Origin: an uncultured Acidobacteriota bacterium
Lineage (GTDB): Bacteria; Acidobacteriota; Vicinamibacteria; Vicinamibacterales; 2-12-FULL-66-21
DNA length: 64,000 nucleotides
NCBI GenBank assembly: GCA_963820905.1
Contig: CAWGBU010000002.1
Span: forward strand, 366,144 to 430,143
Direction: 5' to 3'
Shown: positions 49,770 through 58,900 of the stretch, piece by piece
Position numbering within the stretch: position 1 is the stretch's first letter
Layout: each line of letters opens with the position of its first letter
Notes under the pieces: model-generated
The model's input: only the letters and a program-made list of their open reading frames with translations
Told to the model about the DNA's origin: nothing
The model's database searches: none
Program-made: the position numbers and the translations under genes

Positions 49770-50159
49770 ATGGGCAAGAAGTTCAAGGAACCCGAAGATG
49801 CGGCGGAGGCGTTCGGCGTCGGCAAGCTCACCCGCCATCTCTTCCTCTGCCTCGGTCCCGACTGCTGCGATCGCGACGACGGCGAGCGGACGTGGGACTA
49901 CCTGAAGAAGCGCATGAAGGAGCTGAACATCACGGGCGGCGACGGTCCCTTCTACCGCACGAAGGTCGGGTGCTTCCGCATCTGCACCGACGGTCCCATC
50001 TGCGTCGTGTATCCCGAAGGGGCCTGGTACCGCGACGTCACACCTCAGAACGCGGAGCGGATCATCCAGGAACACTTGATCGGCGGACGGGTGGTGGAGG
50101 ATCTGTGCTTCGCTCGCAACGAGCTGCGAACGCGATCAGTCGGTAGTCGGCTACTTTGA
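49770..50159 (+). CDS. Thioredoxin-like [2Fe-2S] ferredoxin
   Basis: ATG after GGAGA. The cysteine pattern LCLGPDCCD ... [12 protein letters not shown] matches Trx-like 2Fe-2S ferredoxins (NuoE-like). Confidence 0.65.
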   Translation: MGKKFKEPEDAAEAFGVGKLTRHLFLCLGPDCCDRDDGERTWDYLKKRMKELNITGGDGPFYRTKVGCFRICTDGPICVVYPEGAWYRDVTPQNAERIIQEHLIGGRVVEDLCFARNELRTRSVGSRLL

Positions 50160-50606
50160 GTATCGGATTGTGTATGGATTCTGGATTGCCCCGGTAGCTT
50201 CGATCGTCTGTCTCACCTGGATGACGAGGGTGGCCCCCTCGAGGCGCATGACAGTCGTAAGCACGTACGGCGCAGCGGCGTCCCGTACAGGCGTGCGCGT
50301 CACCAACGACTCCCCGTCCCAGACCGTGGTCGAAACCTGAACGTATTCCGGAGCGTTCGCCGGCTTGATGACGTTCCTGCTTTCGGACCCGTCGAGCTTT
50401 TGGACCCAGCGAATCACGCCAGACGGAGACTGAGTCTCAACTACGAGCGTGTCGGGGGTCTGCGAGATGGTCGTGGTCTCGACCGCTTCACCGGGTGACG
50501 TGGGGATCTTTTTCCACTTGCCGGAGAAGTCAGGTTTCGTCTGCTCCAGTCCGGCCGTGAGCGCCAGACTCAGAAGGAGCCGCGCGACAACCAGCATCAT
50601 GGGCAC
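50151..50606 (-). CDS. Secreted hypothetical protein (small beta-rich, lipocalin-like)
   Basis: Signal peptide [22 protein letters not shown]. 151 aa. Confidence 0.4.
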   Translation of the reverse strand: MPMMLVVARLLLSLALTAGLEQTKPDFSGKWKKIPTSPGEAVETTTISQTPDTLVVETQSPSGVIRWVQKLDGSESRNVIKPANAPEYVQVSTTVWDGESLVTRTPVRDAAAPYVLTTVMRLEGATLVIQVRQTIEATGAIQNPYTIRYSK

Positions 50607-50669
50607 CTCGCTGCTTCATTTCACGCCGCTTCTTTGACTCCTCTAGGTCAGCGCACGGCGGCACCCGAC

Positions 50670-52670
50670 TTACTTCGGCACGTCCAGCGCAGGGTTGCGC
50701 GAGAAGAACCCGGCCGGGATCATCTTGAAGCCTACGTGCGTGACCGGCATCACCGGCCACTCCTCCGGCCGCGGCATGTGCGTGACCCCCATCGTGTACC
50801 AGACGACGACGTCCTGATTGGCCAGCGGCTCGTTGTTGGCGGCCCACGTCGGCAGACCCGGCGCCGCCGAGGCTCTGGTTCGGATACGCGCCGCCGGCGT
50901 ACATCTCGTCCGCGTTGTAGCGCGTGGCCCAGAAGTGATGGTTGATGAAGCCCGCGCGCTGCCGCACCTGTGAGGCCGGCCCCACATACGGGATCGAGTT
51001 CACGCCGGGCACGATGATGTAGCTGGTGTGAGAGCCGAGCGCGTTCTGCGCCGACGGATTGACGACGGCCCAGGTGCGCGCCGACGCCATGCTCATGTGC
51101 GCGCTGCGCGGCGGCCTCGGTCCCGAGCACGGTCTCCTTCATGATCATCCCGTTCAGCGCACGGATTGCCCGGCCCGGCCGGGAGCGCGCTGGTGTTCAT
51201 CTCGTGCACGGAGTTGCTCTGGCCGTCCACGTCGAAGTCGAGCCTGAAGTTGAAGAAGTGCTGGTGGTGCGGCGCGACGACGTTGGCGGCGACGAGGTGG
51301 CCGGACTGACGCCGGCGCCGTGCCGCCGGCCTTCGCGTCGCTCACGCCCTTCGGCAGCATGATGCCGGTCAGCGCGCCGTCCAGCTCCAGCACGCCGTCC
51401 TGGTGGAAGATCCAGTTGAGGGCGTAGTCGTAGTTGCCGATCGTGGCGATGAAGAAGATCACGAGCTGGCGGGCGCGGCGCGACTCGTTCGTCTTCGGAG
51501 TAGACCTCGTAGTGCTTCCACAGCATGCCGCCGTCGCGCTCGTAGATGCCGACCGCCCGCGGCAGCACGTACGGCTTGCCGTCGTCGCCCGCATAAGGTC
51601 GACGTCGAGCAGCGTCGCGTTCGGCGGCGCGTCGGTGTTCGGCTCGATCGAGCTGGCCAGCCGGCCCATGCCGTATTCGCCGACGTCGAAGGCGCTGCGC
51701 CAGCGCCAGTTCTTGTCCGTGTCGCCGTACGGCACCGCCATCTCGGAGAGCGACGGCGCGATAGAGGATCGGCCGCAGGCGCCCTTCGTCCTCGTAGCCG
51801 ACCGTGTGCAGCACGAGACCTTCGCGCGGGTGCATGGTGTAGCGGAAGCGCCACTTCTGCCAGCGTATCTCCTGGCCGGTGATGGTGAAGCTGGCGCCGT
51901 CGGGCTGGCTGATATCGAGCGCTTGGGCGCCTCACGCGCGCCGGTGGACTTCTCGTCCAGCTCCTGACTGGGCGGCGGCAGCGGGACGGACGCCGCTGTC
52001 GATGAACTCGACGACCTTCTCCGCGTTCATGTCGACGAGCGCGACGACCCCTTCGATCGGCCGGCCGTAGAAGTTGGTCTGCGTCGCCTTTGAAATAGGA
52101 CAGCGCGCGCAGCAGCCGCTTGCCCTGAAACTGCGGCGCGACCTGGCCGACGGCCCAGTTGTCGATCTGGACCTTGCTGAAATCCTCGATGCCGCGCTTC
52201 CGCATCGCCGCCTGCCAGCGCGGATCCTTCTTGACGATGTCGACCAGCACGTCGTATTCGTCCTCGAGCACGACCGGCTGCACGCCCTTTGATTTCGGTC
52301 CACGACACGACGCGCGGCGACTTCACGTCCACGACCGCTTCGAACGTGCGATTCCCCTTGCGATCCAGGATCACGGCGAACGCCCGCCGGGCGATCGGGG
52401 CGCCGGCCGTGAAGCTGAGCACGTCGCTCTTGGCGGGCTCCTTCAGCACGATCGTCGCGAACCGGGCCCCCTCCGGAAACTGCGGCACCGCGGCGAGCAG
52501 CTTGGCCGCCGTCTCGATCTCGGCGGCGCTCAAGGGATCGAGAGGATGCTGGGCTGCGGTTGCAGCCTGGGAGGGACCGGCGCGGCGGCGGTCTGGGCCG
52601 CCCGGACGGGCACGACGACGAGGGGGGAACAAGCCAGCAGGATGACGGCGGCGCGGCGGAAGAAGGTCAT
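50670..52670 (-). pseudogene. Copper amine oxidase (TPQ-containing), disrupted by multiple frameshifts
   Basis: Signal peptide MTFFRRAAVILLACSPLVVVPVRAAQ at 52670. The N2/N3 domains, the catalytic core with the TPQ consensus NYDY (LVIFFIATIGNYDYALNWIFHQDGVLELDGALTG) and the C-terminal DVVVWYTMGVTHMPRPEEWPVMP can be followed only by switching frame at least 5 times. One junction is consistent with a 1-nt indel (YPNQ|S). Confidence 0.75.
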
Positions 52671-53202
52671 GCGCGGATTATCGCCGAATTGGCTGAGCCG
52701 GCACTCGCGCCTGCCCAGAGTCAGCGGAATCGCGCCGGCGTTCGCGGGGTCACATCAGCCCCGCGGCGCCTCGGCCTACGCGCGGAAAACCGCACCTCCG
52801 GCGGCTCACGATCCCCGCGTCGGCTTGGGTTGCTCGAGGGCCGGTGAGCCATCAGCTTGCGGTACCGGGGAATTCCGGGCGGCGGTGACGAATCAGCGCC
52901 GACGCGGATCGGGACGCCTGCGGCGCGGTTTTCGATCTGACGCAGCGCGCTGGCCGCATCGCGCCGCGGGGCTGATATGACGGCGCCGACTGCTGACACC
53001 TAACGCTGACCGTGTATTCTCGCGCTGTCCCCGGTCAGCGTATCGCGATGGTGTCCATCCTTTCAGTGTGGTCGTGACAGGGTGCCACTTGCTATCCTGC
53101 AGGCGCGCGGCAGGGGCGTTACACAAGTAGGGACATTGATAGTTAAGCGCTGATGCTGGACCCTGTCTCAGGTCAGGCACCTCTAGGATCAGCGAGGCGG
53201 AT

Positions 53203-53270
53203 GGTGCGCCCGGGGGCGCGCTCGAAAGGTCGCCCGATTCCCTTCCGGGGCGTAGCCGCTTGATCCTGGC
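53203..53270. repeat. Copy 1 of a conserved 55-68-nt element (core CGCRCTCGAAAGGTYGCMC, variable hairpin, GCCGCTTGATC)
   Basis: ggtgcgcccgggggcgcgctcgaaaggtcgcccgattcccttccggggcgtagccgcttgatcctggc; 43 nt 3' of the lipocalin-like gene. Confidence 0.7.
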
Positions 53271-53312
53271 ATCGGCGTGCTTCGCAAAGGCCGCAGGAAC
53301 TGCACCGGCTTC

Positions 53313-53855
53313 TCATTGCTTTTCAAAGACCGAGACATCATTGATTGTCTGACCCTTGGCGTTGATCCCTTCGGTTGTGATGGTCATGACTTTCCCGTCC
53401 CTCGAGATCACGCGCGTGCCAGTGATGACAACCCGGCCAGCTCTCTTCTGTGTAAAGTCTGCAGTGAAGGCGTCGATTCGCTTCAACGCAAGCGTATCGA
53501 TGTCTGGATCACCGGTCACCGGACGCTCCTTCCCATCGTAGACAATCGTCCATTCCCGAGTCGTGGTCTTCCCTTCGACGTCCACGACCGTGGAGGTCGC
53601 TTTGATTTCCTGGCGCACCGTCATGTACGTCATCGGTTTGCTTGCGCCTTTGGATGTCACCTTGGTCGCCTGGCCTTCCATGACGTACGTGCACGAGTCA
53701 CTCTGGGGAGCGGGGCCTGGGCTGAACTTCGATTTCGCGACATTCAGCACCCACGTGCCGATGATCGGGTCGGCATCCTGAGTCGCCAGAGGCCTTCCGA
53801 ACGGCATGAGGATGATTCCGAGGACCGTGAGGCATCGAAGCATGCGCCTGTTCAT
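53313..53855 (-). CDS. Secreted lipocalin-like hypothetical protein
   Basis: Signal peptide; GTWVLNVAKSKF... beta-rich. 180 aa. Locally lower GC. Confidence 0.45.
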   Translation of the reverse strand: MNRRMLRCLTVLGIILMPFGRPLATQDADPIIGTWVLNVAKSKFSPGPAPQSDSCTYVMEGQATKVTSKGASKPMTYMTVRQEIKATSTVVDVEGKTTTREWTIVYDGKERPVTGDPDIDTLALKRIDAFTADFTQKRAGRVVITGTRVISRDGKVMTITTEGINAKGQTINDVSVFEKQ

Positions 53856-54057
53856 TGGCGCCTTCCCTTCACGTTTTGCACGCGTTTGAGTATGCCAGCA
53901 TCGGACGGAGTCCGCCGTGGTTCTTAGCGGAGGCGGAAGCGGGCCAGCGCGGCGGCGAGCGCGTCGGGGAGTTCGAGGGGCGAAGCCCCTCGATTGAAAA
54001 TGAAGCGCGCCCGGCCCGCCTTCGCGCTCGGCGCTACGGCGCGCTCGGCCTGGGGTA

Positions 54058-54120
54058 TCGCGCCCGGCACTCGAAAGGTTGCACGATCCGTTTTCAGGGG
54101 ATCGCCGCTTGATCTTATGA
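54058..54120. repeat. Copy 2 of the conserved element
   Basis: tcgcgcccggcactcgaaaggttgcacgatccgttttcaggggatcgccgcttgatcttatga. Confidence 0.7.
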
Positions 54121-54196
54121 GCCTGACTTACGGCTCACCTCGTGGGGGTGCGGATTGACGGCGTCGGAGACGCCAACAACCACATCCCAGAAGCAT

Positions 54197-54307
54197 CTAC
54201 CAGACATAGGCTGAGCCGAAGTTCCAGACTAGAACGATGCCCACCACCGTGAGCCCTATCCATAACAGTCGCTTGTCAGAGCTATCCGTTTTGACGTGGA
54301 TCTCCAT
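54197..54307 (-). CDS. Tiny hydrophobic ORF (36 aa), candidate small membrane peptide
   Basis: MEIHVKTDSSDKRLLWIGLTVVGIVLVWNFGSAYVW-stop, with a strong RBS GGAGGTGAGG 5 nt upstream of the ATG. Manual translation only. Confidence 0.3.
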   Translation of the reverse strand: MEIHVKTDSSDKRLLWIGLTVVGIVLVWNFGSAYVW

Positions 54308-54355
54308 AGGACCTCACCTCCGTACTGACCCTTAGACACCGCCGCGCGTCACCTG

Positions 54356-54410
54356 CTCGCGCGCTCGAAAGGTTGCACCCCCCTTCCGAGGGATTGCCGC
54401 TTGATCGTAC
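54356..54410. repeat. Copy 3 of the conserved element
   Basis: ctcgcgcgctcgaaaggttgcaccccccttccgagggattgccgcttgatcgtacc. Confidence 0.7.
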
Positions 54411-54475
54411 CTCGACCGGGTGATCTGCGGGCCCACGCGCTTGGGTTCATTGGTCGGGAGAGCGATTCGCCATCG

Positions 54476-54604
54476 TCAGAACGGATTCATGATCATGCCG
54501 ATCACTACGAGGATGAGGCCCACCAACATCACGAAAACGAAGAACGCCACGGCGATACCGATCCACTTTAGAATAAGCAAGATCCACTCTATTAGAACCG
54601 TCAA
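54476..54604 (-). CDS. Tiny hydrophobic ORF (42 aa, TTG start), candidate small membrane peptide
   Basis: (L/M)TVLIEWILLILKWIGIAVAFFVFVMLVGLILVVIGMIMNPF-stop, with GGGAGG 6 nt upstream of the TTG. It shares an LxWIGxxV motif with the 36-aa ORF. Manual translation only. Confidence 0.3.
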   Translation of the reverse strand: MTVLIEWILLILKWIGIAVAFFVFVMLVGLILVVIGMIMNPF

Positions 54605-54877
54605 GGGCTGCCTCCCACCGTTTCTGTTTGCTCACGCAAGCCATACCTCCCCTTAGCGACTAGAATCCCGACCGGCGCAGGGCGATGGCTACGCCTCGGG
54701 CCGGGCTCGACGAACCAGATGGTGTCAGGCAGCGAACGAGATGGTATCAGGCAGTGAATCGTGAATCGCCGGGTGGCGCATCGCGTTCACGATTCACTGC
54801 CTGACACCCGCTCACGGGGGAGTTGACCGTCGAGCGGCTGCTCGTCGGCTAGAATGGCCTACCAACTAAACTAATTG

Positions 54878-54945
54878 TGGTGCGCCCGGGGGCGCACTCG
54901 AAAGGTTGCACTACCAAGTTTGCAGGCATTGCGGCCTGATCGGAG
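54878..54945. repeat. Copy 4 of the conserved element
   Basis: gtggtgcgcccgggggcgcactcgaaaggttgcactaccaagtttgcaggcattgcggcctgatcgg. Confidence 0.65.
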
Positions 54946-54969
54946 ATCGGTCGGCAACCCTCTCTCGCG

Positions 54970-55119
54970 TCAAGCAAACAGATACAGCAGAATGACTACA
55001 ACGTTCAGGGCCGCGAGAACGAAACATACACTACGCCCGAGTTTGTCCTCGGTTCTCAGGGCCAGCATGAACATTCCGACGGCACCGCACACATTTCCGA
55101 CCAGTCCGAGCGTGTTCAT
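54970..55119 (-). CDS. Tiny hydrophobic ORF (49 aa), candidate small membrane peptide
   Basis: MNTLGLVGNVCGAVGMFMLALRTEDKLGRSVCFVLAALNVVVILLYLFA-stop. No clear RBS. Confidence 0.25.
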   Translation of the reverse strand: MNTLGLVGNVCGAVGMFMLALRTEDKLGRSVCFVLAALNVVVILLYLFA

Positions 55120-55165
55120 GGGGGCGTATTCTACGGAACCGCCTCGTTTCGGGCGAGCAAGAGTC

Positions 55166-55612
55166 TCAAGACCGTTCGCGACGAGCGACGCGCCGGCCCC
55201 GAGCCGCTCGGTGCCGACGCTGTAACTCCTTCAGTTGGCGAATGGCCTCCTGATCCACGACGCGCTCCATCCGTTTCGTGTCGCCTCGCTTGGGGAGCAG
55301 TGGTATGAGCCGCTGGAAGCCTGTCTGGTCGTCGAGTACGCCGGCCCAGACGACCGGCGTGCTCGAGCGATCGAGGAAGTACCGAATGCCTTCGAGAGCC
55401 GTCGTGAGCGCCTGGAACGCATCGATTCCGCGGCCGTATTCAACCCGGCTCATTCCTGCTCCGCTGATGCGGAAGGGGCACTCCCACTCGTCGGCGCGTT
55501 TCGTCTTTCGCGGCTTGCCGAGCGAGACGACGATGGTCCGTCGTGTCGCTCCGCTTTGCTGAAGACGCCGCTCGGCTATCACGGTCCCAAAAGGGCTGTC
55601 ACTACGGCTCAT
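55166..55612 (-). CDS. Hypothetical protein (148 aa) next to tRNA-Arg
   Basis: MSRSDSPFGTVIAERRLQQSGATRRTIVVSLGKPRK...; uninterrupted ORF starting 44 nt from the tRNA 3' end. No homology recognised. Confidence 0.35.
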   Translation of the reverse strand: MSRSDSPFGTVIAERRLQQSGATRRTIVVSLGKPRKTKRADEWECPFRISGAGMSRVEYGRGIDAFQALTTALEGIRYFLDRSSTPVVWAGVLDDQTGFQRLIPLLPKRGDTKRMERVVDQEAIRQLKELQRRHRAARGRRVARRERS

Positions 55613-55655
55613 CAGTCGCCCCGTGCCGGATTCCTGCGTATTTCTGGGAATTGTT

Positions 55656-55732
55656 TGGTGCGCCCGGCAGGGCTCGAACCTGCAACCTTCGGCTCCGGAG
55701 GCCGACGCTCTATCCAATTGAGCTACGGGCGC
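55656..55732 (-). tRNA. tRNA-Arg (anticodon CCG)
   Basis: Reverse complement GCGCCCGTAGCTCAATTGGATAGAGCGTCGGCCTCCGGAGCCGAAGGTTGCAGGTTCGAGCCCTGCCGGGCGCACCA. Cloverleaf with anticodon loop CTCCGGA, encoded CCA. Confidence 0.9.
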
Positions 55733-55830
55733 AGACAGTCGACAGTCGGGAGTCGTCAGTCGGGAGTCGTCAGTCGGTAGTCTCAGTCGACAGTCAGAGT
55801 CGACAGTCGATAGCTCGAGACAACTTGACC
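55733..55830. repeat. Tandem hexamer array (CAGTCG)n immediately 5' of tRNA-Arg(CCG)
   Basis: cagacagtcgacagtcgggagtcgtcagtcgggagtcgtcagtcggtagtctcagtcgacagtcagagtcgacagtcgatag. Confidence 0.85.
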
Positions 55831-55935
55831 GTCCGCAAACCCCAATCGTAGCACAGCGGAAAGCGCTCCATCCCGGGGCGCCTTGAACGCGCGTCAGCCG
55901 ATGCATTGTGAGCGACGAGAATCCGCGACTCGGGA

Positions 55936-58900
55936 TCACGCGATCTCGATGAGCTCGCCTGAACGTACGAGGCACACAGAAGAACTGACAGGCCGGTGGA
56001 GAACGGCGGAGAGCGTGGCGGCATAACCGCTCAACTGCTCCGAACGCTTCTTCAATGCCTCCGGCGCCAGCACTGTGTCGGTCTTGAAGTCCACGAGACG
56101 CCAGCCGTTGTCAGTCTCGAACAACAGATCGACCTTCGCCTGCATCCTTCCTTCAGGCGCGTTTCCGGCCACGGGCACGTCGCGGAACACGCGTCTGGCG
56201 CGCTTGACCTCCGCGATCGGCGACAGGTTCAAGGTCCGGCGCACGATTTCGATCGCGCTCGCCACTTCCGGCTCGGAGTGGCCGTACGGTCTGGCCAGCG
56301 TGCGGCCGATCCGTTCGAGATCCTTTCCGCTGAAATCAACGGCCGACAGGATCTCGTGCAAGTACTGAGCGAACGACGATCGTTCCAGTCCACCAGCATC
56401 TTCGGGCGCTGGCGCTGTCGACGACAGTTCATGCGGCTCACCTTCGGACTCGATTCCGTAGAGCCGCTGCGCGCCAGTGGACGCCGCGCGCCATGACGCG
56501 GGCGCTTCAGGCTCGTTCGATGGCGTCAGCAAAACAATCCCTCGTGCGCGGGCGCGCTCGCGATCGCTTCGCCGCGCCTCAATCCACGACTCCTGCGCCG
56601 CGCGCGCGCGACGGCCATCCTGAATGGCGCCATCGAGCGCGCCGGTCCCGCGAGGCACTGGAGCCGCGTCCACGTCGAACGCGAGCCGGCGCGAATCGAA
56701 CCACGAGACGCCGCCGCGCCGCTGGCCGAAAGGAATGTCCTCTGCCTCGCACACCAGCGGATTCGCCAGCGGCCCCAGCCAGCTCTCGACCGTCTGGCCA
56801 GGCAGGCAGGGGATCACCAGGTGATCGCGGGCGCGGGTCGCCGCTACATAGAGGAGACGCCTCCCTTCGGCGTCCTGCTCGAGATCCTCGTTCTGCGCCT
56901 GCTGCTCCCAACCGTCAGGCTTGAACTTGCCGATCTTCAGCCATCCTCGACGGCCAGCATGGTCGATGATGCAATCGCCGGACGGCACCCGGCTGGTGAA
57001 CAGGTCGGCGACGATGACGATCGGGTACTCGAGACCTTTGGCCTTGTGCACCGTGACAATCTCGACGCTCGCCCCGATCGGCTCTCCGACCGGCGAGTCG
57101 CCTTCCGCCTGGCTGCTCGCTTCCTCGTCCTGGAGAAACCGCACGAACGCACGCAACGTCGCCGGAGCGGCTGCCTCGTACGCCCGCGCGGTTTCGAGCA
57201 CCTTCCACAAGTTGGCCACGGCCTGCGCGCCGGAAGGTCTCGCCAGGAACGCCGGCAGCGCCCGCGTCCGCGAGAACAACTCCTCGATGATGACGGACGG
57301 CGACTCGATGCGGCGCAAGCGATGCAGCCGCGTCAGCATCTTGAAAATCGGTGCGAAGATCTCCAGCCCCTGCACCGACTCGTCCTGCGGCGCATTGATG
57401 TTGAGGATTCCGCCGGTCGACGTGAACAGGAACAGATCGGCGTCGCTCACGGCAAAGAACGGCGAGCGCAGCGCCTGGACGAGCGACAGCCTGTCCGCCG
57501 GGTTGTCGATCGCACGCAGTACCGATGCGAGCGCCCTGACCTCGTCGCGCGCGAAATACTCCTTGCCGCCGACGAGCCGGTAGCTGACCTCTCGAACGCG
57601 GAGCTGCTCTTCGAAGGGAGCAATGAACTCCGGCGTCATCTTGCGCACGAGGATCGCGACGTCGCCAGGCCGCGCCGCTCGCGACTTCTTCAGCTCGGGG
57701 TCGTACACACTCCAGGGCCTGGTGTCGGTGATCTCGCTGACGAACGCGGCGATGGTTTCGGCGACCGCGGCGCGTCGGACCGCGATGCTCGTCTCCTGGG
57801 GCACGCGATCGACGGGAAGAGTCAGCGCCACCGTGCGCGCGCCCTTGTCGTCCAGTTCGGCACGGTACGGTTGCAGATCGATCGGCGCTGGGTCTCCGGG
57901 CTCGGTAAAAATCGCGCGGAAGCGCTCGTTGATGAACGTAATCACCGACGGCACGGTCCGGAAGTTGGCGGTCAACGGAAGTACGTCCCCGCCGCACCGC
58001 TGCACCAGCGCTTTGACTTCCTCGTAGATCTTCAGGTCGGCGCGGCGGAATCTATAGATGGACTGCTTCGGGTCGCCGACAACGAACAGCTTGCCCGGAA
58101 GCAACGAGACACGATGCCAGTCTGTCGCCGGCGGCGTGGCCGGGTCCTCCGCAAGAAACGCGACCAGCTCGGCCTGCAGTGGATCGGTATCCTGGAACTC
58201 GTCGACGAGGATGCGGTCGAACCTCGCCTGGAAGTACCGGCGCACGGGTATCGAGCGCACGATGACGTCGCGCGCACGTATCAGCAAATCCTGGAAGTCG
58301 GCGAGGGCGCTCTCCGATTTTCTCTGCTGGTACCGTTGCAACAGATCCAGCAGCCGGCCGCGCAGCGCCGCGTTCAGGTCTGCGTCTGCTTCTTCAACCC
58401 ACGCCTCGACTCGTTCCTTCACACGCTTGAGCTCGGCTTTGACGTCGGCGCACACGGACTTCGGATTCCAGTTGCCTTGCGTGCCTTTGTGCGCGGTGAT
58501 TTTCAGCCGGCGGAAGAAGAGCTCGAGCGCCGTCCCCGACAGCCGCTTCGCCTGCCGCGCGCGCTCGTCCAGTTCCTGGATCATCTGGAACGCGGCGTCG
58601 GCTTCGTTGACGCAGTGAGCCTGTTGTTTCTTCAAGCCTTCGATCGCCTCGAAGATCTCGGCGAGGAATGCCGGCGGATCGATCGGGTCGTGCTCGACCG
58701 GCAGACCCAGCACGTCGCGCTCGCCGGCGGCAATCCGCGCCGCGCGCTGCAGGTCCCCTATGGCCAATCCAATGTTCACCGCCCGCATCAGGACAGGGTC
58801 CCCCGCCGCCAGCCGATCCTCGATCCACTCGCTCCACGTGTCGTCGAACGTTCGTCTGCCCGCGACGTCGGCGATCACCTCGAAGCCAGGATCGACGCCC

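Noticed and set aside
48291-50159. 622-aa plus-strand ORF overlapping ligD in another frame
   Set aside because: Only its last 130 or so codons (49770-50159, with their own RBS and ATG) form a credible gene, the 2Fe-2S ferredoxin. The rest is out-of-frame overlap with ligD.
53100-55650. Integrated genomic island or prophage at tRNA-Arg
   Set aside because: Lower GC and tRNA adjacency fit. But no integrase, no direct repeat of the tRNA 3' end and no phage genes were found, so it is reported only as a compositionally distinct island.
55166-55975. 269-aa minus-strand ORF running through tRNA-Arg(CCG)
   Set aside because: It reads through the tRNA gene and the hexamer array. Only the portion downstream of the tRNA (55166-55612, with its own ATG) is kept as a hypothetical gene.
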